Origin: an uncultured Acidobacteriota bacterium
GTDB taxonomy: Bacteria; Acidobacteriota; Thermoanaerobaculia; Multivoradales; JBCCEF01
Assembly (NCBI GenBank): GCA_963843275.1
Contig: CAWJJM010000012.1
Location: 1,519,753-1,583,752, forward strand
Direction: 5' to 3'
Length of the DNA: 64,000 nt
This document shows positions 34,618 to 44,314 of this stretch, piece by piece (the stretch's first letter is position 1; the number at the start of each line of letters is the position of its first letter). Position numbers and translations under genes: made by a program. The notes beneath the pieces are model-generated. The model was not told the DNA's origin and did not search any database. It saw only the letters and a list, made by a program, of their open reading frames with translations.

Positions 34618-37008
34618 ATGAGACGCGCAGTCGCCCTCACCCTCCTCACCCTGGCGCCGGTTCTGGCGACCGCCCAGGGGCCCGCCGCGGCCGCGCCGGA
34701 GACGTCGCTGTCGTTCGTGGAATCGTGCCGCCCGAATCCGGACGCGCCGCGGGTCCCGCTGACGGGCACGGTGACCGACCCCACCGAGGCCCCGGTTCCC
34801 GGCGCCTCCGTCACCCTGCGCTGCGGCGACTTCCGCCAGGAGGCGCGCACCCTCGGCGATGGCAGCTACCGCATCGTCGTCCCCGCCGGCGCCTACCAGC
34901 TCGACGTCGACGCACCCGGCTTCCAGACCTGGGTCGACACGCTCGAGCTCGCCGAAGCGGGCCCCGAGGAGCGCGACGTCACCCTCCAGGTGGGCGCCTT
35001 CTCCAGCATCGTGACAGTGGCGGAGAAGGGCGGCTTCGTGGCGGCGTCGTCGACCACGGCGACCAAGACCGACGCCCCGTTGATCGAGATCCCGCAGTCG
35101 GTGTCGGTGATCACCCTCGATCAGCTCACCTCCCGCAATGTGCAGACCGTGAACGAGGCGATCCGCTACACCGGCGGCGTCGACGTCGACACCTACGGCA
35201 CCGAGTCGCGCTACGACTGGATCAACATCCGCGGCTTCGACCAGTCGACCTACGGGCTGTACCGCGACAACTCGCGCTGGCAGAGCGGCCAGGTCTCGGG
35301 CCAGATCGACCCCTACATGCTGCAGGAGGTCGACGTCGTCAAGGGGCCGAGCTCGGTCCTCTACGGCCAGAACCAGCCCGGCGGGCTGGTCAACCTGGTC
35401 ACCAAGCGGCCGCCCTCGCGGCAGCTCGGCGAGGTGGTGCTGAACTACGGCTCCTTCGACCGCATGCAGGCGCAGGTCGACGTCGGCGGACCGATCGATC
35501 CGGGCGGCCGATGGTCGTACCGGCTCACCGGGCTGGTGCGGCAGAGCGACACCCAGGTCGACCACGTTCCGGACGACCGCTGGTTCGTCGCCCCGGCGCT
35601 GACCTGGACGCCGAGCGCCGCCACCACCTGGACCCTGCTCGCCGACTATCAGCGCGACGAGACCGGGTGGAGCCAGTTCCTACCCTCACAGGGCACCTTC
35701 CGCCCCAACCCCAACGGCAAGATCCCCCGCGACACCTTCACCGGCGAGCCGGGCTACGACTTCTTCGACCGTGACCAGTGGTCGGTGGGGAGCCTGTTCG
35801 AGCACCGCATCAACGACACCTGGACGGTGCGCAACACGCTGCGCTACTCGAGCATCGACTACGAGGGCAAGAACGTCTTCGGCGGCGGGCTGCAGAGCGA
35901 CCTGCGGACGCTGAACCGCTACGGCTTCGGCAACTCGCTCGACCTCGACCTGTTCACCATGGACACCAACGCCTACGTCCAGGTGGCGACCGGCCGGGTC
36001 GAGCACTCGATCCTCTTCGGCGTCGACTACTCCGACTCGACCTCGACCATCGTCAGCGGCTTCGCCGGAGCGCCGCCGATCGACATCTACCACCCCGTCT
36101 ACGGCGCCCAGATCCCCGACCTGTTCACCTACTACGACACCCGCCAGCCGGTGACGCTGCTCGGGATCTACGCCCAGGACCAGATGAAGTTCGGGCCGAA
36201 GCTGGTGGTCACCGCGGCGGCGCGCCACGACTCCACCGACATCACCACCGACGACCGCATCGCCGGCACCAAGATCAAGCAGGATCCGAGCTCGGTCACC
36301 GGACGGCTCGGGCTCAGCTACCTGACCGACGTGGGGCTGGCGCCCTACGTCTCCTACTCCACCTCGTTCCTGCCGGTCACCGGCGTCGACTTCTACGGCA
36401 AGCCGTACGACCCGACCGAGGGCGAGCAGATCGAGGGCGGCCTGAAGTTCCAGCCCAGGTCCTCGAACAGCTTCCTCACCGCGTCGGTCTTCGAGATCAC
36501 CCAGACCAACGTCCAGGTGCCCGACCCGGTGAACCCGCTCAACACGCTGCAGCAGGGCGAGGTGCGGTCGCGCGGGGTCGAGCTCGAGGCGGTCGGCAAC
36601 GTGGCCCGCGGCCTGAACTTCAACGCCGCCTACTCCTATCTCGACCAGGAGGTCACCCGCAGCACCAAGCCGGGGATCGAGGGCAAGCGGCCGCCGCTGG
36701 CCCCCGACCAGCTCTTCTCGGCCGGCGGCGAGTACACCGTCACCCGCGGTCCGCTGACCGGGGTCGGCTTCGGCGCCGGGGTGCGCTACGTCGGATCGCG
36801 GGCCGGCGACGAGGCCAACACCATCGAGGTGCCGTCGTACACCCTCTTCGACGCTTCGGTTCGTTACCTGTGGCGCGACATGGAGTTCCTGCTCAGCGGC
36901 ACCAACCTCACCGACAAGACCTACGTGGCGGTGTGCACCTCGCCCGACTACTGCAACTACGGCAGCGCCCGCAAGTTGATCGCCACGGTCCGCTATCGTT
37001 TCCGGTAG
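34618..37008 (+). CDS. TonB-dependent (siderophore-type) outer-membrane receptor with N-terminal carboxypeptidase-regulatory-like domain
   Basis: ATG at 34618 behind 'AGGAAGGAG'. Signal peptide 'ALTLLTLAPVLATAQG'. CarboxypepD_reg-like 'LTGTVTDPTEAPVPGASVTL'. Plug 'TKTDAPLIEIPQSVSVIT...NEAIRYTGGV'. Beta-barrel ending in 'ATVRYRF'. Confidence 0.9.
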   Translation: MRRAVALTLLTLAPVLATAQGPAAAAPETSLSFVESCRPNPDAPRVPLTGTVTDPTEAPVPGASVTLRCGDFRQEARTLGDGSYRIVVPAGAYQLDVDAPGFQTWVDTLELAEAGPEERDVTLQVGAFSSIVTVAEKGGFVAASSTTATKTDAPLIEIPQSVSVITLDQLTSRNVQTVNEAIRYTGGVDVDTYGTESRYDWINIRGFDQSTYGLYRDNSRWQSGQVSGQIDPYMLQEVDVVKGPSSVLYGQNQPGGLVNLVTKRPPSRQLGEVVLNYGSFDRMQAQVDVGGPIDPGGRWSYRLTGLVRQSDTQVDHVPDDRWFVAPALTWTPSAATTWTLLADYQRDETGWSQFLPSQGTFRPNPNGKIPRDTFTGEPGYDFFDRDQWSVGSLFEHRINDTWTVRNTLRYSSIDYEGKNVFGGGLQSDLRTLNRYGFGNSLDLDLFTMDTNAYVQVATGRVEHSILFGVDYSDSTSTIVSGFAGAPPIDIYHPVYGAQIPDLFTYYDTRQPVTLLGIYAQDQMKFGPKLVVTAAARHDSTDITTDDRIAGTKIKQDPSSVTGRLGLSYLTDVGLAPYVSYSTSFLPVTGVDFYGKPYDPTEGEQIEGGLKFQPRSSNSFLTASVFEITQTNVQVPDPVNPLNTLQQGEVRSRGVELEAVGNVARGLNFNAAYSYLDQEVTRSTKPGIEGKRPPLAPDQLFSAGGEYTVTRGPLTGVGFGAGVRYVGSRAGDEANTIEVPSYTLFDASVRYLWRDMEFLLSGTNLTDKTYVAVCTSPDYCNYGSARKLIATVRYRFR

Positions 37009-37117
37009 GGAGGGGCGGCCCGCGTCCTCCGGGGCGCGGGCCCGGCGCCGTCGCCCCGTCGCGTCCTCACGCCGCGGCGGGGCGGCGGCGCCCCCTACCG
37101 TCCGTCCCACCCCCGCG

Positions 37118-38098
37118 ATGAGCGCCGCGCCCGACCCGCCGCACCCGCCCGCCGACGAGCTCGACCCCGACGTGCGGCGCTTCGTCCGCGCGTCGGGGGC
37201 CGCCTGGGCGGCGCACCCCGACCTCGGCACCGTCTCGCCCGCGGAGGCGCGGCGGATCGCCGAGGCGGTCCGCGCCCCCTGGGTGCGCGGCGGCCCCCGG
37301 ATGGCGGCGCGGCGCGAGCACCGCGTCGACACGCCCGGGGGGGCGGTGCGGCTCCGCTGCTACCACCCCGTCGCCACCGACCGGCCGCAGCCGGCGCTGA
37401 TCGCGCTCCACGGCGGCGGCTGGACGCTGTTCAGCCTCGACAGCTACGACCGGGTGATGCGCGAGCTCGCGGCGCGGGCCGGGATCGTGGTCGTTGGGGT
37501 CGACTACGCGCTGGCCCCGGAGGCGAAGTACCCGGTGGCCCTCGACCAGGTCCGCGCCGTCGTCCGCCACCTCGCCGCGGAGGGCGCCGCGCTCGGCGTC
37601 GACCCCCGCCGGCTCGCGCTCGGTGGGGACTCGGCCGGCGCCAACCTGGCGCTGGCCGCGGCGCTGGCGCTGCGGGACGCGGGCCGCGGGGAGATCCTGC
37701 GTGCCCTGACCCTCCACTACGGGGTCTTCGCGCGCCGCTCCTCCCCCGAGGCGGAGCGCCGCTTCGGCGGCCCGGGCCACATGCTCACCAGCGCCGAGAT
37801 GGAGGGCTTCTGGGGCAACTACCTGCGCTCCGAGAGCGACGCCGACGACCCCCTGGTCTGCCCGCTGCGCGCCGACCTGCGCGGTCTCCCCCCGACGTTG
37901 CTGGTGGTCCCGGAGTGCGATCTGCTGGCCGAGCAGAGCCTGCGGCTCGGCGAGCTGCTGCGCGGCGCCGGCGTCCCCGCCCGCCTGGAGGTCTACCGCG
38001 GGGCCTGCCACTCGTTTCTCGAGGCGGTCTCGATCTCAGCCCTCGCCTCGCGGGCGCTCGACGACGTGTCCGGCTGGCTCGCCGAGCGCCTCGGCTAG
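37118..38098 (+). CDS. Alpha/beta hydrolase, hormone-sensitive-lipase (Abhydrolase_3) type esterase
   Basis: Oxyanion motif 'LHGGGW', nucleophile elbow 'GGDSAGANLA', and a C-terminal 'CHSF' region providing the His. Confidence 0.85.
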   Translation: MSAAPDPPHPPADELDPDVRRFVRASGAAWAAHPDLGTVSPAEARRIAEAVRAPWVRGGPRMAARREHRVDTPGGAVRLRCYHPVATDRPQPALIALHGGGWTLFSLDSYDRVMRELAARAGIVVVGVDYALAPEAKYPVALDQVRAVVRHLAAEGAALGVDPRRLALGGDSAGANLALAAALALRDAGRGEILRALTLHYGVFARRSSPEAERRFGGPGHMLTSAEMEGFWGNYLRSESDADDPLVCPLRADLRGLPPTLLVVPECDLLAEQSLRLGELLRGAGVPARLEVYRGACHSFLEAVSISALASRALDDVSGWLAERLG

Positions 38099-38142
38099 GG
38101 CGCGGCGCCGGGCGCCGCCCCCGGGGGCGCCCCGGACGGCCG

Positions 38143-39084
38143 TCAGTACCGCCCGAGGTCCTTGCCCACCACCACCTCGCCGCCGTAGCCGCCCTCGCGG
38201 ATGCCGGCGAGGAGCTCGTCCTCGGTGGCGCCGCGGAAGCCCACGTGGGTGAGCACCAGGAGCTTCGGGCGGGCGCGGGCCGCCAGCGCGCCGAGCTCGA
38301 CGTCGGAGGTGTGGAAGCTCTCGAGGTACTGCGGCCAGAGCTCGCCGCCGGGGCGGTCCTCCGGGGCGACGCGCAGGTGGGGATACGCCTCGTGCACCAG
38401 GACGTCGACCCCGCGGGCGGCCTTCTCGAGCTGCGGCGCCGGGCGGGTGTCGCCGGAGATCACGATCGAGCGGTCGGGGGTGTCGACGCGGTAGCCGTAG
38501 GCGTGCTTCCAGCTCCCGTGGAGCACCGGGATGGCGGTCACCCGCACCCCGTCGCGGTCGTAGACCACGCCGGGGCCGACCTCGTGCACGTCGACCCGCT
38601 CGCCGCCGGCGACCTCGCGCTCGAGCCCCGCGGTGCGGATCTCGATGTCCTCCGCCCAGGCCGCCATCAGGTGGGCGGTCATCGCCGCCAGGCCGGGCGG
38701 CCCGTAGACGTCGAAGGGGGCCGCCCGCCGCATCAGCCACGAGGTCAGGATCAGATCCGGGTAGCCGAGCGTGTGGTCGCTGTGCAGGTGGGTGACGAAG
38801 AGGGCCGTCACCCCGCCGATCGGCAACCCCGCCGCGTTGAGCTGCCGCTCGACCCCGACGCCGGCGTCGAAGAGGAACACCCGCGGGCCGACGACGACCG
38901 CGGTGGCCGGGCCCTGGCGGGCCGGGTCGGGGTAGGGGGTGCCGGTGCCGAGCAGGACCACCTCCGTCCGCACCGCCGCGGGGGCGGCGGCCGGCGGCGG
39001 CGGGTCCTGTCGGGGCGCCGCCGCAGCCGGCAGGGCCAGGGCGGCGCTGAGCAGGAGGGCGGCGAACGGCGCGACATCGGTCAT
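38143..39084 (-). CDS. Secreted MBL-fold metallo-hydrolase
   Basis: Signal peptide 'FAALLLSAALALPAAAAP'. Metallo-beta-lactamase motif 'FVTHLHSDHTLGYPD'. Later 'VLHGS' and 'LVLTHV'. Confidence 0.85.
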   Translation of the reverse strand: MTDVAPFAALLLSAALALPAAAAPRQDPPPPAAAPAAVRTEVVLLGTGTPYPDPARQGPATAVVVGPRVFLFDAGVGVERQLNAAGLPIGGVTALFVTHLHSDHTLGYPDLILTSWLMRRAAPFDVYGPPGLAAMTAHLMAAWAEDIEIRTAGLEREVAGGERVDVHEVGPGVVYDRDGVRVTAIPVLHGSWKHAYGYRVDTPDRSIVISGDTRPAPQLEKAARGVDVLVHEAYPHLRVAPEDRPGGELWPQYLESFHTSDVELGALAARARPKLLVLTHVGFRGATEDELLAGIREGGYGGEVVVGKDLGRY

Positions 39085-39170
39085 GTGCGGCGATCGTACC
39101 CGCGCCCGGGGCGGCTTGCCAGCCGCGGGCCGGCGGAGGCGGAGGACCCCGCGGCGGCTAGACTCGGCGC

Positions 39171-39452
39171 ATGTGCCGCAACATCAAGCGCCTGCACCAC
39201 CTCGACCCGCCCGCCACCCGCGCCGAGATCCGCGACGCCGCCCTGCAGTTCGCGCGCAAGATCAGCGGCCGCAGTCCCTCGGCGGCCAGCGCCGCCGCCT
39301 TCGACCGGGCGGTCGGCGAGATCGCCGCGGCCAGCGAGCGCTTCCTGGCCGCGCTGAGCACTCCCGGCGCCCCGCGGAGCCGCGAGGAGCTGGCGGCGCG
39401 CGCGAGGGCCCGGCGGGCCGCCGCTCAGTCCTCCCCCACCCGCAGGTCGTAG
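39171..39452 (+). CDS. DUF2277-like small protein
   Basis: 'MCRNIKRLHHLDPPATRAEIRDAALQFARKISG' matches my memory of the DUF2277 N-terminus. The last 28 nt overlap the convergent anti-sigma gene. Confidence 0.7.
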   Translation: MCRNIKRLHHLDPPATRAEIRDAALQFARKISGRSPSAASAAAFDRAVGEIAAASERFLAALSTPGAPRSREELAARARARRAAAQSSPTRRS

Positions 39453-40252
39453 CGGGCCACCGGGACCGCCGCACCGTCGCGGAGGCCGGAGAGGACGAGG
39501 GTGGCGCGCCCCGCCGGCAGGCTGCCCGGCGGCAGCAGCACCGTGAACTCGCCGCCCGGTTGGCGCTCGAGCCCGGTCGCCTCCCACGACGGGCGCCCGT
39601 CGGCGTCGAGCAGCTCCAGACGGTAGTCGGCGAAACGGCGCGCGTCCTCGCTGAGCAGGATCAGGGTGACGGGGACGTCGCGGTCCGGCACCCGGGTGAC
39701 CGCTGCGGACGCCCCCGCCGCGCGCACGGCGTAGTCCTCCGGCAGCGCCTCCAGAGCGGCGGCGTTGACCCGCGGGCGGGAGAGCTCGGCGACCCGCTTC
39801 TCGAGGCGGGCGACGCGCTGCCCCATCGAGACGGCGGCGCCGCCGAGGAGCACCAGGGCGAGCACGGCGGCGGCCGCCAGCCAGCGGGCCCCGGGCATCC
39901 GCCGGCGCCGCTCGGCGGCGCGCCGGGAGCCGGCGACGGCCGCGAACGACGGCAGGTCGCGGCTCTCCCGGGCCGCCGCCAGGTCCTCGCGGCAGCGGGG
40001 GCAGACCGCGAGGTGTCGGTCGACCGCCTGCCGCTCCTCCGCCGGCAGTGGATCGCCGAAGGCGAGCGCCACCAGCCGTCCGCTGGCCGGGTGCGCGGTG
40101 GCGAACAGCTCGCCCACCCGCGCCGTCTCCTCGGCCTCGCCGCGGCAGCTCGGGCAGCTCGCCAGGTGGGCCCGCACCTCGGCCGCCGCCACGGCGCCGA
40201 GTGACCCGTTCATCAGGAACGGGAGCTGATCGATGGCGTCGGCGCAGTTCAT
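39425..40252 (-). CDS. Anti-sigma factor with two zf-HC2 (HxxxCxxC) motifs, one TM helix and a periplasmic domain
   Basis: 'AHLASCPSC' and 'RHLAVCPRC'. TM helix 'WLAAAAVLALVLLGGAAV'. ATG 40252 overlaps the ECF sigma stop (ATGA). Confidence 0.8.
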   Translation of the reverse strand: MNCADAIDQLPFLMNGSLGAVAAAEVRAHLASCPSCRGEAEETARVGELFATAHPASGRLVALAFGDPLPAEERQAVDRHLAVCPRCREDLAAARESRDLPSFAAVAGSRRAAERRRRMPGARWLAAAAVLALVLLGGAAVSMGQRVARLEKRVAELSRPRVNAAALEALPEDYAVRAAGASAAVTRVPDRDVPVTLILLSEDARRFADYRLELLDADGRPSWEATGLERQPGGEFTVLLPPGSLPAGRATLVLSGLRDGAAVPVARYDLRVGED

Positions 40253-40848
40253 CCGCTTCCCCCTGCAGACCCGGACGCCTGGGCGGCGCCGGCGTTACCG
40301 CCCTCCTCGAGCTCGCGGCGCAGGGCGGCGGCGCGCCGGCGGCAGCGCAGCAGCCGCACCCGCAGCGCCCCGGGCCGGACGCCGAGCCGGGCGCTCATCT
40401 GCTGGTAGCTCAGCCCGTCGAGCAGCAGGCTCCACATCTGGCGGCAGTGCTCGGGAAGATGCTCGAGGACCCGCGTGAAGCCGGCGTAGCCCTGCCGGGC
40501 CGCGGCACGGTCGAAGGGCGACGGCGCGTCCGAGGCCGGCGCCACGCCCTCGAGCCCGGTCCAGCGCCAGCGGCGCCCGGAGCGGACGCGGTCGAGGCAG
40601 CGGTGGGCGGCGGCGCGCCGTACGTAGGTCTCGAGCCGCGCCTCGCCCCGGAAGCGATCGGCGCGCAGCGCCTCGGTGAGGGCGACCAGCACCTCCTGGA
40701 CCACGTCGTCGACCTGGTCGCCGAGCCGGCGGCGGAACGGAATGGTCGCGTACCGGCTCCAGGCGCTGAGCGTCTCGACGGCCGCAGGCTCGCCGTCGAG
40801 AAAGGCGGCCGCAAGCACTCGGTCCTCCGACGTCATCCTCACCCCCAT
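40249..40848 (-). CDS. ECF-type RNA polymerase sigma factor
   Basis: Region 2 'VDDVVQEVLVALTEAL...ARLETYVRRAAAHRCLDRVRS'. Region 4 'LSYQQMSARLGVRPGALRVRLLRCRRRAAAL'. The start (ATG 40848 or 40836) is uncertain. Confidence 0.8.
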   Translation of the reverse strand: MGVRMTSEDRVLAAAFLDGEPAAVETLSAWSRYATIPFRRRLGDQVDDVVQEVLVALTEALRADRFRGEARLETYVRRAAAHRCLDRVRSGRRWRWTGLEGVAPASDAPSPFDRAAARQGYAGFTRVLEHLPEHCRQMWSLLLDGLSYQQMSARLGVRPGALRVRLLRCRRRAAALRRELEEGGNAGAAQASGSAGGSG

Positions 40849-40981
40849 GACCCGCCGCCGGCGCTCCGTGCCGGCCCGCGCGGCGAGCACATCCCCCGGG
40901 AACATCGCGAGCCTCAGTCTAGCGGAGGACTGCGCTCCCCCGGCGCACTGTCGTACCATTGCCGGGCCACACCGAGGAGCC

Positions 40982-43900
40982 ATGCCGTCGATGTCGAACC
41001 GCTCCGCGGCGCGCCGGGTCGGACCTGTCGCTGTCGCCTTCGTCCTCTCCGCCGTCGCCGCCCGCGCTGCGGCGCCGGCGCGGCCCCTCGACGAGGGCGC
41101 CACCCTCCGCTTCACCGTCGCCCCCGCCGAAGAGCGCACCTGGCAGCTCGAGCTGGCAGCGGGCGAGCTGCTCCACGTCGAGGTCGACCAGGTGGCGGCG
41201 GACGTGGCCCTCACCCTGCGCGACGCCGCCGGCGCCGACCTGTGGCGCAGCGACGTCCAGCCCTGGGCGTCCGGCATCGAGGAGGTCTGGGACCTGACCG
41301 ACGCCGCGCGGCGGCGGACGATCGCGGTGCAGGGGGTCGGGAGCCGCCCCGGCGAAGTGGTGCTCGAGGTGAAGGCGCGGCACTCCGCCTCGGCGGCGGA
41401 CCGGCGGCGCTTCGCCGCCGAGGAGGCGCTGCGCAGCTCCTACTCCCTCGACTCCGCCACCGACGTCGAAGCGTCGCTGGCCGCGGCGCAGCGCGCCGCC
41501 GGGCTGTTCGCCGAGCTGGGCGTCACCGCCAAGCAGGGCGTCGCCCTGCGGCGCTCCTCCCAGCTCGTCAGCCTCCTCGGGCGTCCCGGCGAAGGCCTCG
41601 GGTGGCTGGACCGGGCGATCGCCCTGGCGCAGGCGGCGAACGACCACGACGCCGAGGCCGCGGCGCGGATCGACCGCTCCGTCGCCCTCTTCTACCGGGG
41701 CGACCGGGCGGCGGCCCTCGAGGAGAGCCGGCGGGCGCTCGCCGCGGCGCAGGCGGCGGGATCTCCCACCCGCACCGCCAAGGCGGAGACCAACCTCGCC
41801 CTCTTCCTCCAGCACGCCGGCGACTACGCGGAGGCCTCCCGTCACCAGCAGGACGCCCTGCGCCGCTACCGCGAGCTCGACGCCGGCCAGCCCGCGGTCT
41901 ACGCCGAGGTCAACCTGGCCGGGCTCGAGCTGCAGCGCGGCGACGCCCAGCGCGCGCTCGACCTCTACCTCGCGGCGCGGGATCGCCTCGAAGCGATGGG
42001 CGACCGCCGGGCGCTGGCGGTGGTGGTCGACGACATCGGAGCCGTCCAGGGGCAGCTCGGCGACGTCGAGGGCGCCCTGGTGGCCCACCGCCAGGCGCTG
42101 ACCCTGCGCCGCGAGCTGGGCGACGCCCGCGGCATCACGCAGTCGCTGCTCAACGTCGGCGCCTCGGTCGACGAGCTGGGGCGGCACGCCGAGGCGGCCG
42201 AGGTGCTCGCCGAGGCCGCCGGGGAGGCCGAGGCGGCGGGCGACCGCAGCCTCGCCGCCACCGCGCGGCGCTACCGGGCGAGCGCCCTGCTGGCCGCCGG
42301 CGACCCCGCGGGCGCCCGCGAGCAGGTGGCACCGGCCGTCCGGGCCCACCACGAGCTGGGGAGCCTCCCGGAGGAGGCGGCCGACCGGCTGGTGCTGGCG
42401 CGGGCCCTCGAGGCGCAGGGCGACCGCGACGCTGCCGCCGCCGCGTACCGGAGGGCCGCCGAGGAGGCGGAGCGTCTCGACGTCGTGCGCGTGGCGGCGG
42501 AGGCGCGCTACCGTCAGGCGCGCCTGCTCGCCGACGCCGGCGAGGCGACCGCGGCTCGGGAGGCGCTGGACCGGGCCCTCACCCACGCCGAGTCGATCCG
42601 CTCGCGCGCCCCCTCCGACCGCCTGCGGACGACCTACTTCGCGTCGGTGCGGGACCTCTACGACCTCGCTCTCGAGCTGACCCTCGGCGCCGACGCCGCC
42701 GCGGCGCCGCCGGCAGCGCTCGCCGCGGGGTTCGCGCTCGCCGAGCGGGCCAGGGCGCGGGCGCTGCAGGACTTCCTGCTCGCCGCGCCGGCCGCCGCCC
42801 GCGGCGGGCTCGACGCCGACCTGGTGCGGCGCCAGGACGAGGTCCGGCGCCGGCTCGAGGACCTCTCGGGCGAGCTGCTGGCGGCCGAGGCCGGGGCGGG
42901 CGGCGGCGCCGTGGACGCGAGCCCCGCGGCGGCCGACGGGGAGGTGGCGGAGATCCGCGGCCGGATCCTGCAGGCCCAGCTCGAGGAGCAGAGCCTCGAC
43001 CGGCGGCTGCAGCGCGACGAACCGGTGCGCGGCTCCTTCCTCACCGCCGCCCCCGCCGACCTCGCGCAGGTCCGCGCCGCGCTGGGCGACCGGGTGCTGC
43101 TCGAGCTCCACGTCCTGCCGCAGCGGAGCTGGGCCTTCGTCCTCACCGCCGACGACCTGCGCGCGGTCGACCTGCCGGGCGGCGACGTCCTCGCCGGACC
43201 GGTGGCGGAGCTGCGCGCCCAGCTCGCCCGCCCCGGGCGGCGCACGGCCCGCTTCGTCGCCGCGGCACGCGCCCTGTGGAACGACCTGCTCGCTCCCGTC
43301 GCGGCGCTGCTGCCGCCGGGCCGCGATCTCCTGGTGAGCCCGGACGGCGTCCTGCACGACCTGCCGTTCGGGGCCCTGCTCACCGCTCCGGTGGCCCCGA
43401 ACACGCCGTGGGCGCGGATGCCCTTCCTCGCCCGCGAGCGCACCCTCTCCTACACCCCCTCGGCCGCGGTGCTGCGGACCTTGCGGGCGGCGGGCGGCGC
43501 CGCCGCCGGGGACGGCACGGTGGTGGCCTTCGCCGATCCGCCGCTCCCCGCGGACACGGCCCGGGGCACCGATGCCCGGGCGCTCGGCGCGGCGGTGCGC
43601 GCCCTGGGCGGCGGGCTGTCGCCGCTGCCCTACAGCCGCGAGGAGGCCGCCGCGGTGGCGGCCGTCTTCGGACCGCGCCGCAGCCGGGTGCTGGTCGGTC
43701 CGGACGCCGCGGAGAGTCGCCTCAGCGAGCCGGCCGTGCGCCACGCCGGAGTGCTCCACTTCGCCACCCACGGCTACCTCGACCCGGTGCTGCCCAGCCA
43801 GTCCGGCCTGCTGCTGGCCGCCGGCGGCGGCAGCGACGGCTTCCTCCACGTCGGCGAGATCCTGCGCCTCGACCTCGACGCCCGCCTGGTCGTGCTGTCG

Positions 43901-44179
43901 GCCTGCCGCACGGCGGCCGGCGAACGGCGCCGCGGCGAGGGCGCGCTGTCCATCGCCCGCGCCTTCTTCTTCGCCGGCGCCCGCTCCCTGGTGGCCAGCC
44001 TGTGGCAGGTCTCCGACCGCTCGAGTGCCCGCCTGATGACCACCTTCTACCGCCGCCTCGAGGCGGGCGCCGGCCCGGCCCGCGCCCTGCACGACGCGCA
44101 GCTCGCCCTCCTCGCCGACCCGGCCACCGCCTCCCCGTACTACTGGGCCGCCTTCCGGCTCCTCGGCGACCCCGGCTGA
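40982..44179 (+). CDS. Secreted TPR-repeat / CHAT-domain (caspase-fold) protein
   Basis: ATG at 40982 inside track ORF 40676..44179. Signal peptide 'VAVAFVLSAVAARAAAPA'. A ~100-aa beta pre-domain and more than 10 TPR-like repeats. C-terminal CHAT with 'LHFATHG' (His) and 'LVVLSACRTA' (Cys). Confidence 0.88.
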   Translation: MPSMSNRSAARRVGPVAVAFVLSAVAARAAAPARPLDEGATLRFTVAPAEERTWQLELAAGELLHVEVDQVAADVALTLRDAAGADLWRSDVQPWASGIEEVWDLTDAARRRTIAVQGVGSRPGEVVLEVKARHSASAADRRRFAAEEALRSSYSLDSATDVEASLAAAQRAAGLFAELGVTAKQGVALRRSSQLVSLLGRPGEGLGWLDRAIALAQAANDHDAEAAARIDRSVALFYRGDRAAALEESRRALAAAQAAGSPTRTAKAETNLALFLQHAGDYAEASRHQQDALRRYRELDAGQPAVYAEVNLAGLELQRGDAQRALDLYLAARDRLEAMGDRRALAVVVDDIGAVQGQLGDVEGALVAHRQALTLRRELGDARGITQSLLNVGASVDELGRHAEAAEVLAEAAGEAEAAGDRSLAATARRYRASALLAAGDPAGAREQVAPAVRAHHELGSLPEEAADRLVLARALEAQGDRDAAAAAYRRAAEEAERLDVVRVAAEARYRQARLLADAGEATAAREALDRALTHAESIRSRAPSDRLRTTYFASVRDLYDLALELTLGADAAAAPPAALAAGFALAERARARALQDFLLAAPAAARGGLDADLVRRQDEVRRRLEDLSGELLAAEAGAGGGAVDASPAAADGEVAEIRGRILQAQLEEQSLDRRLQRDEPVRGSFLTAAPADLAQVRAALGDRVLLELHVLPQRSWAFVLTADDLRAVDLPGGDVLAGPVAELRAQLARPGRRTARFVAAARALWNDLLAPVAALLPPGRDLLVSPDGVLHDLPFGALLTAPVAPNTPWARMPFLARERTLSYTPSAAVLRTLRAAGGAAAGDGTVVAFADPPLPADTARGTDARALGAAVRALGGGLSPLPYSREEAAAVAAVFGPRRSRVLVGPDAAESRLSEPAVRHAGVLHFATHGYLDPVLPSQSGLLLAAGGGSDGFLHVGEILRLDLDARLVVLSACRTAAGERRRGEGALSIARAFFFAGARSLVASLWQVSDRSSARLMTTFYRRLEAGAGPARALHDAQLALLADPATASPYYWAAFRLLGDPG

Positions 44180-44314
44180 GCGGCGGGCGGTGCGGCCGGC
44201 GGGGTGGCCGCGTTCTCGAGCTCCTCGACCTGCGACTGGAGGTCTTCGAGGCCGTCGGTCAGGGCCTGCGTCGTCGCGGCCCTGATCGCCGCCAACAGCC
44301 GACCTCCCGCGACT

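Noticed and set aside
40849-40981. ECF-type promoter in the sigma/CHAT divergent region (GGGAAC at 40898-40903, CGTA further on).
   Set aside because: The GGAAC and the nearest CGT element are ~48 nt apart, not the required 16-17 nt. No other convincing -35/-10 pair was found by eye.
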